63,047 nt of DNA, taken from Salpingoeca rosetta (lineage: Eukaryota > Protista > Choanoflagellata). The stretch is from assembly GCA_033442325.1 (NCBI GenBank), contig JAWQFM010000001.1:1066215-1129261 (forward strand). Reading direction: 5' to 3'. The position numbers were made by a program, and so were the translations under genes. This document shows positions 29,004-41,293 of the stretch, in pieces (the first letter of the stretch is position 1; every line of letters begins with the position of its first letter). The notes beneath the pieces were generated by a model. It was given only the letters and a program-made list of their open reading frames with translations, did no database searches and was not told where the DNA came from.

Positions 29004-30062
29004 TGGCTTGTGCTGGCAAGGAGGTGATGTGCACAGCAGCAATGTGTGTGTGTGGTGTGTGTGTGTTTGTTTGTCTCGGGTTTGTGGGCCTTTTGTGGAG
29101 TGCACGAGCCCTCACACGCATGGCTGGCTGGCGTGCAGGCGAAGAAGTCGGGCGCGTCTGGTGGCAGCAAGAGTGCCGATAACGTTAAGGTGGTGATCCG
29201 ATGTCGCCCTCTCAGCAGCACAGAACGCAAGGATGGCAGACAAGAGTACGTAATCCCACATCTCACCTCGACATCGCCTATCTTGATTGTTGCGTTTGTG
29301 AGAGGGGAAGCGACAGGAGGGTTGTCAAAACGGGTCGAGGCGTCGTTGTGTGCATGTTATGCTGCCAGACACCCGATGTTGTGTTGGCTTGTCGCACTTG
29401 ACATCCCTCATACGAAGAACGTTTGCGTGCGTGCGTGCGTGGTGTGTGGGTGCGTGCATGTGTGTGTGTGGGTGCGTGCATGTGTGTGTGTGTGTGCGTG
29501 TGCTGTGTGTGTGTGTGTGTGCTTGTGTGTGTGTGTTTGTGCGTGCGTGCGTGCGTGCGCTGTGTGTGTGTGTGTGTGTGTGTCGCGCTTTGTCTTTTGG
29601 TTTGAAATCGACAGGTGCGTTCATGTGGCAGAGGACAGAGGAACCATTACTGTGAAGAACTTGCAGGTGAGCTGCTCTATCTGCGAACAGCTGTGTTGTT
29701 GTGTTGTTGTGTGTACTTTTGGGCTGCACTCCTTTGTGTTCTTGTTTGGCTGTTTTGGGCATGCTGGCTCATGGCTTGCCTCCCTCACTCATGCGTGTCC
29801 GCTGACTTGACCATTCACACATGTGTGTTTGATTCGCCTTGTTTTCTCGGGCAGGAGCCATCCAAGGAACCAAAGACATACACCTTTGACAATGTTTATG
29901 GCACCAAATCGCAGCAGGAGGCCATCTACACGACCAGTGCCCAGCCCATCGTCGACTCGGTGCTCGAGGGATTCAACGGTGAGCACTTTGCGTGCTTGTT
30001 TGCCTTGCTTTGCCTGTCTACGTTTTGTGTCAGTCAGTGAGTGTTGCTGCTGTGTAGGCTCC

Positions 30063-30131
<69 letters not shown>

Positions 30132-32366
30132 TCATAATGAGCGTTAGATATGTTAAACCAGTTGAAGCAAGGGACATAATGGAGTTGTAAAGTAAATTAN
30201 NNNNNNNNNNNNNNNNNNNNNNNNNNNNNNNNNNNNNNNNNNNNNNNNNNNNNNNNNNNNNNNNNNNNNNNNNNNNNNNNNNNNNNNNNNNNNNNNNNNN
30301 NNNNCACACACACACACACACACACGCAGGGAAGCAGTACCTTGTGCGTGCGTCATATCTGGAAATCTACATGGAAGACATTCGCGATCTTTTGTCAAAG
30401 GACCAGGAGCGCAAACTGCCGATTCGCGAGTCGCCGGACACAGGCGTGTATGTGGAAGACCTCACCTCTATTGTTGTCAAGAGCGTCAAGGAAATCGACA
30501 AGGTGCTGCGCTGCCCTGCATGTTCCGAGTGTATGCACTGTCTGGCATGTCCCCACCTCGGCACACAACCTTTGGTCAATTTATCAAAACCACACACACA
30601 CACACACACACTCAGACACACACACTCAGACACACACACAGACACACACACAGACACACACACAACCACACAGACACACACACAACCACACAGACACACA
30701 CACAACCACGCACACACATACATACACATACACACACACACACATACACAACCGCAACCACTCCGTCGGTACGCTCACCTCATTGCATCACGACTACATG
30801 CGTGCCGCAACCAGGTGATGCGTGTCGGGTGGAAGAACCGCAAAGTCGGCGTGACGAAGATGAACGCGCACTCGTCGCGGTCGCACGCCATCTTCATGGT
30901 CAATGTGGAGTGCAGTGAGGCCGGGGAGGACGGGGAGGCGCACATCCGCAGCGGCAAACTCAATCTCGTCGATCTTGCCGGTACGCTGCTGCTTTTTGTT
31001 ACGTGTTGCGTGTTGCGCGTTGTGTGTTGCGTGTTGCGTGTGGTGTGGGTTTGGGGTTGTGCATTGTGAATTTGGTTGAGGTGTTGTGTTCATGTGTGAT
31101 TACACGTACATGTGTGTGTATGTTTGTGGCGGTGGCGGTGCTCTCTTCGTTGCTTGCCTCACAGTTGTTGTGTGTCGGTGTCGCCTGGTGTTGACAGGGA
31201 GTGAGCGACAAGGCAAGACGATGGCTGAGGGCGAGCGTGCAAAAGAAGGCAGCCACATCAACAAGTCCCTCTCCGCTCTGGGACAGGTCTGTTCAAACAA
31301 TTCGCCGTTGAGGGAAGGGAATGTGCAGCGTTACTCAGCGTCCGTACATGCGTGCAGTGTGCGTGGTCACACCCACAACTCTTCATTGCTGTACAACTGA
31401 ATCGACGCATGGCGTGGTGTTGTGTGTGTGCGTGTTGTGGGCTGTCAGGTGATCAAAGCGTTGGTTGACTCAAAGGGCTCCGGGTTTGTTCCGTACCGCA
31501 ACTCCAGCCTCACCCGTCTCTTACAGGTGAGCATCGCTGAAGACTTACGAAGACGTCGAGGAGTGACACCGAGGGGGCGTGCATGCGATTTTGTTAGTTC
31601 AACGTCGATTTCACACACACACACACATGCACGTGCAAACGCGTCTGCGACAGGATTCGTTGGGCGGGAATGCGAAGACGATGATGATTGCGGCGATTGG
31701 GCCCGCGGACTACAACTACAACGAAACAATTAGCACTCTCGGATATGCCCATCGAGCAAAGAGCATCAAGAACAAGCCCAAGATCAACGAAGATCCAAAG
31801 GTAAACACACACGATGGCACCTGTTGCTGCTGTTGCCCCACCATCTGGCAGAGAGTCCTCCTGGTTTGCCTGCTTGCTTCACCGTGCGTTGTTGTTTTTG
31901 TTTCTTTTTTTTTTTTTTTTTTCACTCTCGCTGGCAACAACAAACTCACCACCGACGTGATTGCCTCTGCCTGCGTGTGCTCTCGCGGTTTGTGTGTGTC
32001 TAGGATGCGCTCCTGCGGAAATACCAGGAGGAAATTGCAGCGCTGAAACATCAGCTTGAATCAAAGGTACATGTGTGTGCGTGTGTGTGTTTCTTGTGTG
32101 TGTGAGCTTGTGCTGGGTGGCATCTCTCCATCTGTCTCTTGCTGTGATGGTGAGACACGTCTCACTCCCGCACCCCTCTCCAACCCCAATCGCCTCATGA
32201 TGGTGTTGCATTGCACTCTGCCAGGGGAGCGGAGGAAAGAAGCGCAAGGGCGGGAAGAAGAAGAAGAAGAAGGTTAAGACCATCCGATACGACGCAGACG
32301 GTGAGCTGAGATGTTGTGCACACGTGTGTGCACACCTACACACACCCACACACACACACCTACACG

Positions 32367-32446
<80 letters not shown>

Positions 32447-32914
32447 GTATCCTAAGTGCATGGCTGGGTATGTGTTTGTGTTGATTGTCTGTTTGTTTGT
32501 TTGTTGCGTTTCATGACGTTTGTCTCATGCGAACTTCCTGCCGTGTTCTCCCAGGTCAACCCATTGAGGAGGAAGAGGAAGAGGAAGACGAGGAGGAGGA
32601 AGAAGGCGGTGCCTACAATGAAGAGGAAGCAAGGCGTCTGCGTGAGCAGGCTTTCCAGAAACTCGGTTCGTTTCTCTCCCCATCATGTGTACATGTGTGT
32701 GCGTGTGCATGTGCGTTTGCATGTGCACGTCTCCATGTCTATTTGCTATCGCGAGTTGTTTGTGTTGCTATGACAAAACAGGGACTCATTCAGCTCGCTC
32801 GTTGCTTTTTGGTGGTGCAGAGGAAGAGAAGCAGCGAATGCTACAGGATCAAACCATCCTTCAGGTGCACACCTCTTTCTTGCTCTCCGTTGCTGCAATG
32901 CATGCCCATATCGA

Positions 32915-32966
<52 letters not shown>

Positions 32967-34517
32967 CACACACACACACACACAAAGGCATATGCAACAG
33001 GATACACACACACAAAGGCACACGCAACAGGATACACAGAACAGGACACACGTTAACAACTCACCACATGCGTGTACATGCGATTGCGCGCGCGTGTGTG
33101 TGTTCGTGTGTGCGTGTGATTGTGTGTGTTTGTGTGCAGGAGGAGAAGGACCGGCTTCGGCGGGAGATGGAGGAGAAGCAGCAGCAGATGCAGCGGGAGG
33201 AGCAGGCGGCGGCCGAGCTCTCTGCCAAGATCGCCGCCCTCGAGTCGCGCTTGCTCGTCGGAGGTGCGCACAACCCATCGTCGTGATGGTGGAGATAGTG
33301 GTGGATGGATGGACGATGATGGCGCTTGCAGGGATGGTGATGTGATGGTGCCCATAGCCGTGACTGTTCTTTACAGAGGCTGCAAGACGTCAACATCCCT
33401 CCTTCCCTCCCCCCGGATGAACATCGCGTGCGGTGCCTTGTCCGCCTTCTCATGCGTTTGGCTTTGCTGACCACACCATCACGACAGGCAAGGACATCAA
33501 CGAGTACACGGCGGAGCAGGAGGCGCGGCTGCGGCGGGAGAGGAAACGCGTGGAGGAGGAGAAGAAGAAGGCAGAGTACGTCCTGCCACATGATGGCACC
33601 TGCTGGTCTTGATGTGCTGCCACATTCCCTGCTCTGTCATCTGCATGGGAACACGTGGAAGTGGAAGTGAGGTTGCTCCAGACCGCTTTCCTACCACTCA
33701 CACACCGACCATCACCATCACAACCATGATCACCATCACCACAACCACCACCATTTCTGCTTGTTACAGGCGGTTACAGCAGCAGCTGGACCGGCACGAG
33801 ACACAGCGGATGCTGGCAGAGGACAAATTCTCCTCCCTGCGCGACGCCGTCCGCGCAAAGACAGAGAAGCTCGAAAAGCTCTTTCACAAATATGAGGTGT
33901 GCTGGCGTGGTGTGTGTGTGTGTGAGTGTGTGAGTGAGTGTGTGTGTGAGTGTGTGAGTGAGTGTGTGTCTGTGTGTGTGTCTGTGTGTGTGTGTTGGAA
34001 AGTTCAATTGCGGGTGGCTCCCACTGTCGTTGATTTGAGAGCTGTGTGTGCTCATGCATCCTGCACATACGCGTGCACTGCGTTTCGTTGCTCGTCGCCT
34101 CTTTATCAGACGGTGAAGCAGGAGCTAGGCGAGCTTGATGAAATGTTCTACGAGCAGCGCGACACAATCATGCACGAGTCAGAGGTGTGGGCCTTTTTTT
34201 TTTTTTTTTTGGTTGTTGTTGTGTTCCTGGACGTGAGTGTGATCGCGACTTGTGACAGTTGTGTTTGCGACGCATCTCCACATGCCTGTTCCAGCTTGTA
34301 GTCTCCTGTACTTGTTGTCCCTGTTCTCGCTGCATGTGTTAATGTGCTCGCACCACGTGCTGCCTTGACCACGCACGCACGCTGCAGGAGACGCGAAAGC
34401 AGCTTCGCCTGAAGGAACTGATCATCGAGCACTTTATGCCCCCAGAGGAGGCGGCAAAGTTCAGGAAGCGTGCAGTCTTTGATGAGGTAGCCATGTATAC
34501 CCGTGTGTGTGTGTGTG

Positions 34518-34550
<33 letters not shown>

Positions 34551-35491
34551 GTGTGTGTGTGTGCGTGTGAGTTTGTTTATGTGCGTGTGTGCGTGTGTGC
34601 GCGTGATATCATCCTCGCACGATACACAGACGCCGCGTTCGCCTGGAGTATGACGTCCTGAGTTTGCGCGTCTTATTCGGTCATCAACCACTGATATGCA
34701 TGTGGTTATGCATCCACCCCTCCTTCGTGCGCACCCCACAGGAGCTGCAAGAGTATCGCCTGTTGTCTGCAACACACACGGAGGGCGCAGACAGCGCAGG
34801 CGTGGTTGCCCGACCCGTGTCGGCGTACCCGAACCGCAACCGGCCCATCACCCTCTTCTCCCAGGTGCAGAGCGGTATCGACAAGAACCCAAGGTCCGCC
34901 GCCTGTGTATAATTGTATGCGTATGTGTGTGTGTGTGTGTTGTACCGATGGAGGCACGTTTTTTTTTCTTGTGCATGCGTGCATGCGTTCGTGCGTGCAT
35001 GCGTGCGTGCTTGTATGTGTGCGTGTGCATGCGTGTGCGTGTGTTTACAGCAAGGGGTCTGACGAGCATGCATTCGCGCATGTCCACTTGCGTTGTAGGT
35101 ATCGGAGCGAGAACGTGATGACGCTGGAGCTTGATCTGCCGGAGCGGACGACGCAAGACTACACGGGTCCCGCCGTGGATGCGCGCGTGCAGGAGGTGCT
35201 GAACGACGCGCTGCACGACGATGACGAGTTGGTGATGGAGGAGCCCGTGGGCGACTTTATTGGCGAGGGCATCAAGTCCGCACAGCGCGAGATGCGTCGC
35301 AGGAAGGCCGCGTCCGGGTGCGTCGGAGCACTTTTGTGTGTGTGGGATTGTGATTGTGATTGTGATTGTGATTGTGATTGTGATTGTGTGATTGTGTGAT
35401 TGTGTGATTGTGATTGTGTCTGCTTTTGTGTGCGTTGTGTGAATCCACGCTTGGGTACTTTCCATGGCATGGACACTGGATTGATCGCAAT

Positions 35492-35547
<56 letters not shown>

Positions 35548-35659
35548 CAGGCGTCCGAAGCGGCCTGGAACAGCAAAAGGAACGAAGAAGAAGAAGAAAG
35601 GACGCGGTGCGCCATCTGATGAACTCTTCCCAACAACGCGTGGGCTGGTCTCAAAATAG
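28916..35659 (+). CDS. KIF3B: Kinesin-2 motor subunit (KIF3B/C-like), many exons; P-loop exon apparently in the assembly gap
   Basis: ATG-only first exon (28916), then [43 protein letters not shown]|[21 protein letters not shown]|DALLR. KIF3-type tail [27 protein letters not shown], and end [10 protein letters not shown]. Confidence 0.92.
30200..30304. other. Assembly gap (N run) inside the kinesin gene
   Basis: Run of N lying where the GQTGxGKT exon(s) should be, between ...VLEGFN and [10 protein letters not shown]. Confidence 0.95.
35346..35417. repeat. (GATTGT)n hexamer repeat, intronic
   Basis: Direct reading. Confidence 0.85.
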
Positions 35660-35805
35660 TCGTTACACTACATTCCAACTTTACACACTCACACCTACAC
35701 GTGCAGGACTCTTCCTTCGCTTCGTTTACAAGCGCGTTCAATCCTGATGCTCACATCCTTATGTTACTTAACTAAAACCAAGAGAGTGCTCAACAGGAAG
35801 CAACC

Positions 35806-35900
<95 letters not shown>

Positions 35901-36021
35901 GCGCGCGGCCACCAAGACAAGCAAGCAAGCAAGTCATGACTCACTCACCAGTGTCGAAAGTTGAGAGGAATCTTCAACCAATTATCCGCACTGCTGTCAA
36001 AGACACACGATTGCCGAACGA

Positions 36022-38910
36022 ATGGGGTGCATGGCGGCGTGGAGGAGACAAGAAGGAGGCAGTTGGAGGTGGCTGTGCGGAGTTGGCGGCACAATGCTGC
36101 TCCTCATGCTGTGGAGCGCGGTACTCGTTGTCCCGTCCCCTACATCATCGCTACAAGGTTCATGAATAAGAGAGAGAGCGCTTGTGTGTGCGCGTGTTGA
36201 ATGTGTGTTGAATGTGTGTGTGTGTGTGTGATTGTTCAAGAGGAGCGAGCAAGCGAGCAGGGAGCAAGCGACTGTGATGTCGTCTTCCTCTTCTTCTTGG
36301 TCTTCTTCTTCCTCTTCTTCCTCTTCTTCCTCTGGTGGTGGTGGCGACAATACGTTGGGGTTGCTGTGCTATCCTTCACACTGGCGTTTTCTCCTGCAGG
36401 AGCAAAGCGGTTTGGCAACACATCATCGTGTGAGCCGTGCCCGCCCGCGTCATTCACAGGCGGCCAATCACCATGCTTCGGGCATGGTGGGTGCAAGGCT
36501 GGCTGGTGCCCAACACCACCCAAAGGCTACTCGGGACCAGGATACACACCTCCCGGTGGGAACATCACGTACTGTACGCGCTGCACTCAAGGAACCTACC
36601 AAGACAAGTCGGGGGCCACGTCGTGCAAACTGTGCTCTCCCGGGCACGGGCCGACCAAGGTGTGTGTGTCTGCTGTGTCCGTGTGCATGTGTGTACGTTT
36701 GACCATCACTCGGATCTGCGTCATGGTGTTTGTTGTGGTGGCCTTGTGTGCGTGTGTGTGTTTTTTGAGTCCCACTTCAGCGGTCACGCAATGCTGCCTG
36801 CAATGCCCCTCCCCCAATACTGATCCTTGTGCTAGCACTTGATCGCCCCCTCTCACATATTGCATGTTGGCTCTGGCACCAGTTTCGAACAGGGTGCGAG
36901 CGGTGCAATCCGGGCGAAGTCAGTTCGTTCACGCTGACAAACGGCATCTGCGTCAGCTGTGTTGAGCTCCATTACGGCTACCACAACTCGGCCAACCAAA
37001 GCGAATGCATTCCGTGCGAAGCGGGCACCATGTCCCTGGTTCGTTGGCATGCGTATGTCTCTGCGTGTGCGTATGTGCATGTGTACGTGCGTACCATACG
37101 TGCGTGTGTGTGTGTGTGCGTATGTGCATGCGTACGTGCGTACGTGCGTACATGCGTACATGCGTGTGCATTTGTGTGCATGTGTCCCAGTACAGCGGCT
37201 TGAACACCGCTTTGTGATGGCCTCGTCTCATGCACGAACTCGCTCACACACACACACACACACACTCACACACACACACATACACATGCACCCACACCCA
37301 CACATGCACACACATCCACACACATGCACACATGCACTCACTCACACACTCTCCCACCTCCACATCTGTGCATGCGTTGGCCCTGGCAGGATGGTGCGAC
37401 GTGCAGCGTGTGTCAGCCGGGGTTCTATTGGGATCCGCGCAAGAGGACGTGCCCCGTCGCCTGTCCCGCCGGCCGCCGCTGCACATCTGCAACGTAATGC
37501 CACCATACATACACATGTACACACATGTACACACATGCACCTACCATGGTGTTGTTGCTGCGTTTTTGTTTTGGGGATTTCCTTGCTCATTTCCATTGTT
37601 CCCATCTGCACAACCACTCAACACCACCGCCACCGCCGCGACCATCAACACCACCATCAACATCAACCCCCCCCCCCTTCTTCCGCGACACACACTCAGG
37701 GTGCCTGGGCGAAACGATACATATTGTGCAACGTGTGACGAGTGCCCGCCGGGGTCTGTCCAGCCAAAGGATGGGCGATATTCGTGCACGCTGTGCCCAA
37801 CGGGAACCTTCCAGGACCTTCAAGGCCAGACTGCGTGCAAGGCGTGTGATGTCGGGTTTGTGCAGCTCGAGAAGGGCGGTGTCACGTGCATTGCGTGCCC
37901 AGCAGGATCATACTGCCCTGACAGCAGCACCATGAAGCCATGTCCTCGACACCGCTACTGCCCACCGCAGTCCACCCGCCCCCACACGTGCCCCTCCATG
38001 TTCAAGGCAACGCCAAAGGTCGTCAGCACATGCGCATTTCATCTGCAGTTGTTTTGCTGATACCTCGCTTTGCTTGAAGGCTTGCTAGTTTGTCTGCAAC
38101 CGTTTCATGCTTGCCGCATATCTTGTGTGATGCGCGGCGATGATTGGCGATGATTCACTGACTGGCTCATATGTGTTCCCATGGACCTTCTTGAATGGTT
38201 CGTCCATTTTGTAGGAGTGCAAGGCAACTGGGCAGCTGATTGCTGTCATTTCGTGTCTCTCCGTCGGTATGTTTTGCTTTTCATCTCATGCTTGCATCGA
38301 AACAAATGACAATTCGCAGCTTGAGCTGCTCCAAGCACACAAAGAGAGAGAGAGAGTGTGTGTGTGTGTGAGTGAGAGAGAGAGAGTGTGTGTGTGTGAG
38401 TGTGTGTGTGTGTGAGTGTGTGTGTGTGTGAGAGAGAAGCAGCAGCATAAAATCTTGCGACGTTACTCACCTCTAACTGCTGTGTTTGGGTTCATTTGCG
38501 TGGCTGTGAACGTGCAGCCGGCGTTGCTGTTGTGGGGATCGTTGTGTACAGGTGGAGAAAAGCGCGCCACAAGTAAGTACTGCCATTGCCCTGCTCCGCT
38601 GTCAACTGCATCCATTTATTGTTCATTCTTCCATCGTGTTGAGTGGACCCGTCGTCCGTGCATTGACACGATATGACGTCACCGCCATCCTCACCACCAT
38701 GATCATCCTCACCACCATGATCATCCTCACCACCATGATCATCCTCACCACCATGATCATCCTCACCACCATGATCATCCTCACCACCATGATCATCCTC
38801 ACCACCACCGCCACCACCACCACCATCGTGTTGTCAGACGGGAGCTGGAGCGGGAGGTGCTGCTGCGCGCACAGAAGCAGCGGCGGCGGCCCGTGTACTC
38901 GGGCCTTTAA
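36022..38910 (+). CDS. Type I membrane protein with Cys-rich GCC2/GCC3 (TNFR/ephrin-receptor-like) repeats and a short cytoplasmic tail
   Basis: Signal-peptide exon 36022-36157 splices in phase to 36400. Repeats such as CTRCTQGTYQDKSGATSCKLC and CTLCPTGTFQDLQGQTACKAC. TM LIAVISCLSV|AGVAVVGIVVY followed by RWRK; tail ends RRRPVYSGL*. Confidence 0.75.
38685..38815. repeat. 18-bp tandem minisatellite (CACCACCATGATCATCCT)n, about 6 copies, intronic
   Basis: Perfect head-to-tail copies with no spacers, in the last intron of the Cys-rich gene. Confidence 0.9.
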
Positions 38911-39636
38911 CACCTCATCCTGTGGCGTGCCATGCACCACCACCACCACCACCACCACCACCACCACCACACAATAGTACTACACCCATTCCACGTGAAT
39001 GAAGGACAATCAAAGGCAGTCGTGTTCATCCATTACCGTCAACCCCTCCTCCACAACACCAAAGACCAATCAGCCACCATTGGTCCCATTGCCCGCTTTT
39101 CCTGCTTCTCTCAAGTTGGCTTTGCCCCCTTTTTGCTTTGTAGTTGAACCAGCTCTTATTGTCTTCGTGTTTCCCCTTTCGCTGTTTGTCTTGCTCTCTC
39201 TCATGTGTGGTTGCAGGCACGGCCGGAAAGGCTGTGGTGGTTATTGGTTGGTATTGCACACGTTTGCTTGTTATTTGTTGCCGCCTGCCGATGCAGGCGT
39301 GCATATGAGAGACGTGGCTGTTTATGTTCAAATTGTACTAGCAGTGCGTTGTTGGGCACGATATTCTTCTTCACATCAACAATGCAAGCAACACCGATAA
39401 ACAGACACACAGTGGAGCTGGTATCGCAACGAGGTGGGAACAGCCCACCACACAGAATGCAAGACACATTCACAGGTACAACGAACGACGCACACATGCA
39501 CGGACACGCACGCACACAAACACCAAGGCCACACACACACGTGCGTACATGTGCACACGCATGCAGACACACAGACAGACACACAAAACAAACAGACAGA
39601 CAGACACGTGCACGCAGGTTAACAACTGCGCAGACA

Positions 39637-40169
39637 TTAGTCGCTCTTCTTGCTCTTCTTCTTTTTCTTCTTCTTCGACGCTGACTTTGGTGTTCCAGCT
39701 GGGGGGGGGGGAAGGGGTTGGTGGCAAGAGGAAAGCGATTGGGCAGGGTATGAGTTAACCGGCCATGCTTCACCACCACCACCACCATCACCACTACTAT
39801 CCTCCTCCTCCTCCTCCTCCTCCTCTCATCTTCATCATCACGACATGTCCATGAACACGAAACACACACAGCACGACATGGCTTTGCCAATTCACGTGGC
39901 TCGAGAGACGCTGTCAGGAAGCGGCCAGTGCGCGTACCTTGTTTGCTGTGTTTTGCTTTCTTCGCCGTCTGCTCTTCCTGCCCGGTGTTGTCGCCGGCGT
40001 TGCTCAGCGCGGCCTTGACAAACCGCTTGGCAGCCGCCTTGTTCACAGATGGTTGGGCTGCCAAGAGAAGTAGACATGCGCATGATAAGGGGACGGGGAA
40101 AGGGACCAGGGCAAAAGGAGATGTAGTGGACACGCATATCAGTGACAACATACATGCACAGAGGAAGGC

Positions 40170-40206
<37 letters not shown>

Positions 40207-40314
40207 TAGGCACGAAGGTAGGCACGAAGACAACCTCCAACACACAACACACACACACACACAAAGTTGCTACAAACACAACTTGCACCCTTACATGTAT
40301 GCATACGTGAACTG

Positions 40315-40385
<71 letters not shown>

Positions 40386-41144
40386 CGTACCCTCGTCGCG
40401 GGCGTCTGGGTTCTCGGCCTTTTGTACGCGAGCCATGTACTCCTTGATACGATCCTGCAATGCGAAAAGCAAGGTGAGCGGATGCGGCGCGGTACAGCAA
40501 AAACAATACACAGCGATCAGCAGCAGTGAAAAAATAACTTACAAGCTCCTTGCGAACGGGGTGTGTCTTTGGGTCGATGCCTCGCGAACTCAAGAACACT
40601 ACATTTCAGCATCACATCATCACAACCGCCAACAAACGATTCGCCAATGAGGAACAAATTCAAGAAAGCACATGGCAGCAAGCAAGGGCTCGCGGGAACT
40701 GAAACCACAGGCGGATAGGTAGGCATTCACTCTTCTACACGTACGTGCGCACGCTGACATATGTCACGTGACCACATCGAACACACATGCACACAAATGC
40801 ACACGCACGCACACAAGCACACACACACACACACACAGACAGGAACATACTCCAGAAGAGGGAGTTCATTGTGTATGCTGTCATGAGATCCATCTTGGCA
40901 GACTCCACAGCGGTGAGCTGGCAAGGTACAACAACAGCAGCGACGAAGTCAAGGCAAAAGCATGAGGGTGTGTGCAGTGTGGTTCAGGCACAAAAGTCGC
41001 AATCACAACGCACACGCCCCAAGAACAAAGCTGAGCGCACCATCGTACCCTTGATCTCAGCTCTGCAGGATCTGCAGCTGTGAGTTCTCGCACAATCGGG
41101 TCCACCCGTTGCAGTGCTTCGTCAAGCTTGTCAACAGCCTCCAT
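39637..41144 (-). CDS. C1D: C1D / Rrp47 nuclear exosome cofactor
   Basis: Spliced: AKMDLMTAYTMNSLFW|MFLSSRGIDPKTHPVRKEL|DRIKEYMARV, VNKAAAKRFVKAAL and a Lys-rich tail. Confidence 0.9.
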
Positions 41145-41293
41145 CTTGGCTTGCGCTGGTGCGATGCGATGTGCGCGGTGCTCTGTGTGCTCTGTGCGCT
41201 GTGCGTGCTGTGTTGTTCAAACTCAACACACGTGGCTGGGGAGCAGGTGGTTGTAGAGGAATATGCGGTGCTTTACATAATTTTCAGCAAGGG

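Noticed and set aside
38685-38815. 18-bp repeat with a palindromic core (ATGATCAT) as a CRISPR-like array
   Set aside because: Head-to-tail with no unique spacers, intronic, and no cas genes; a minisatellite derived from CAC/CAT triplets.
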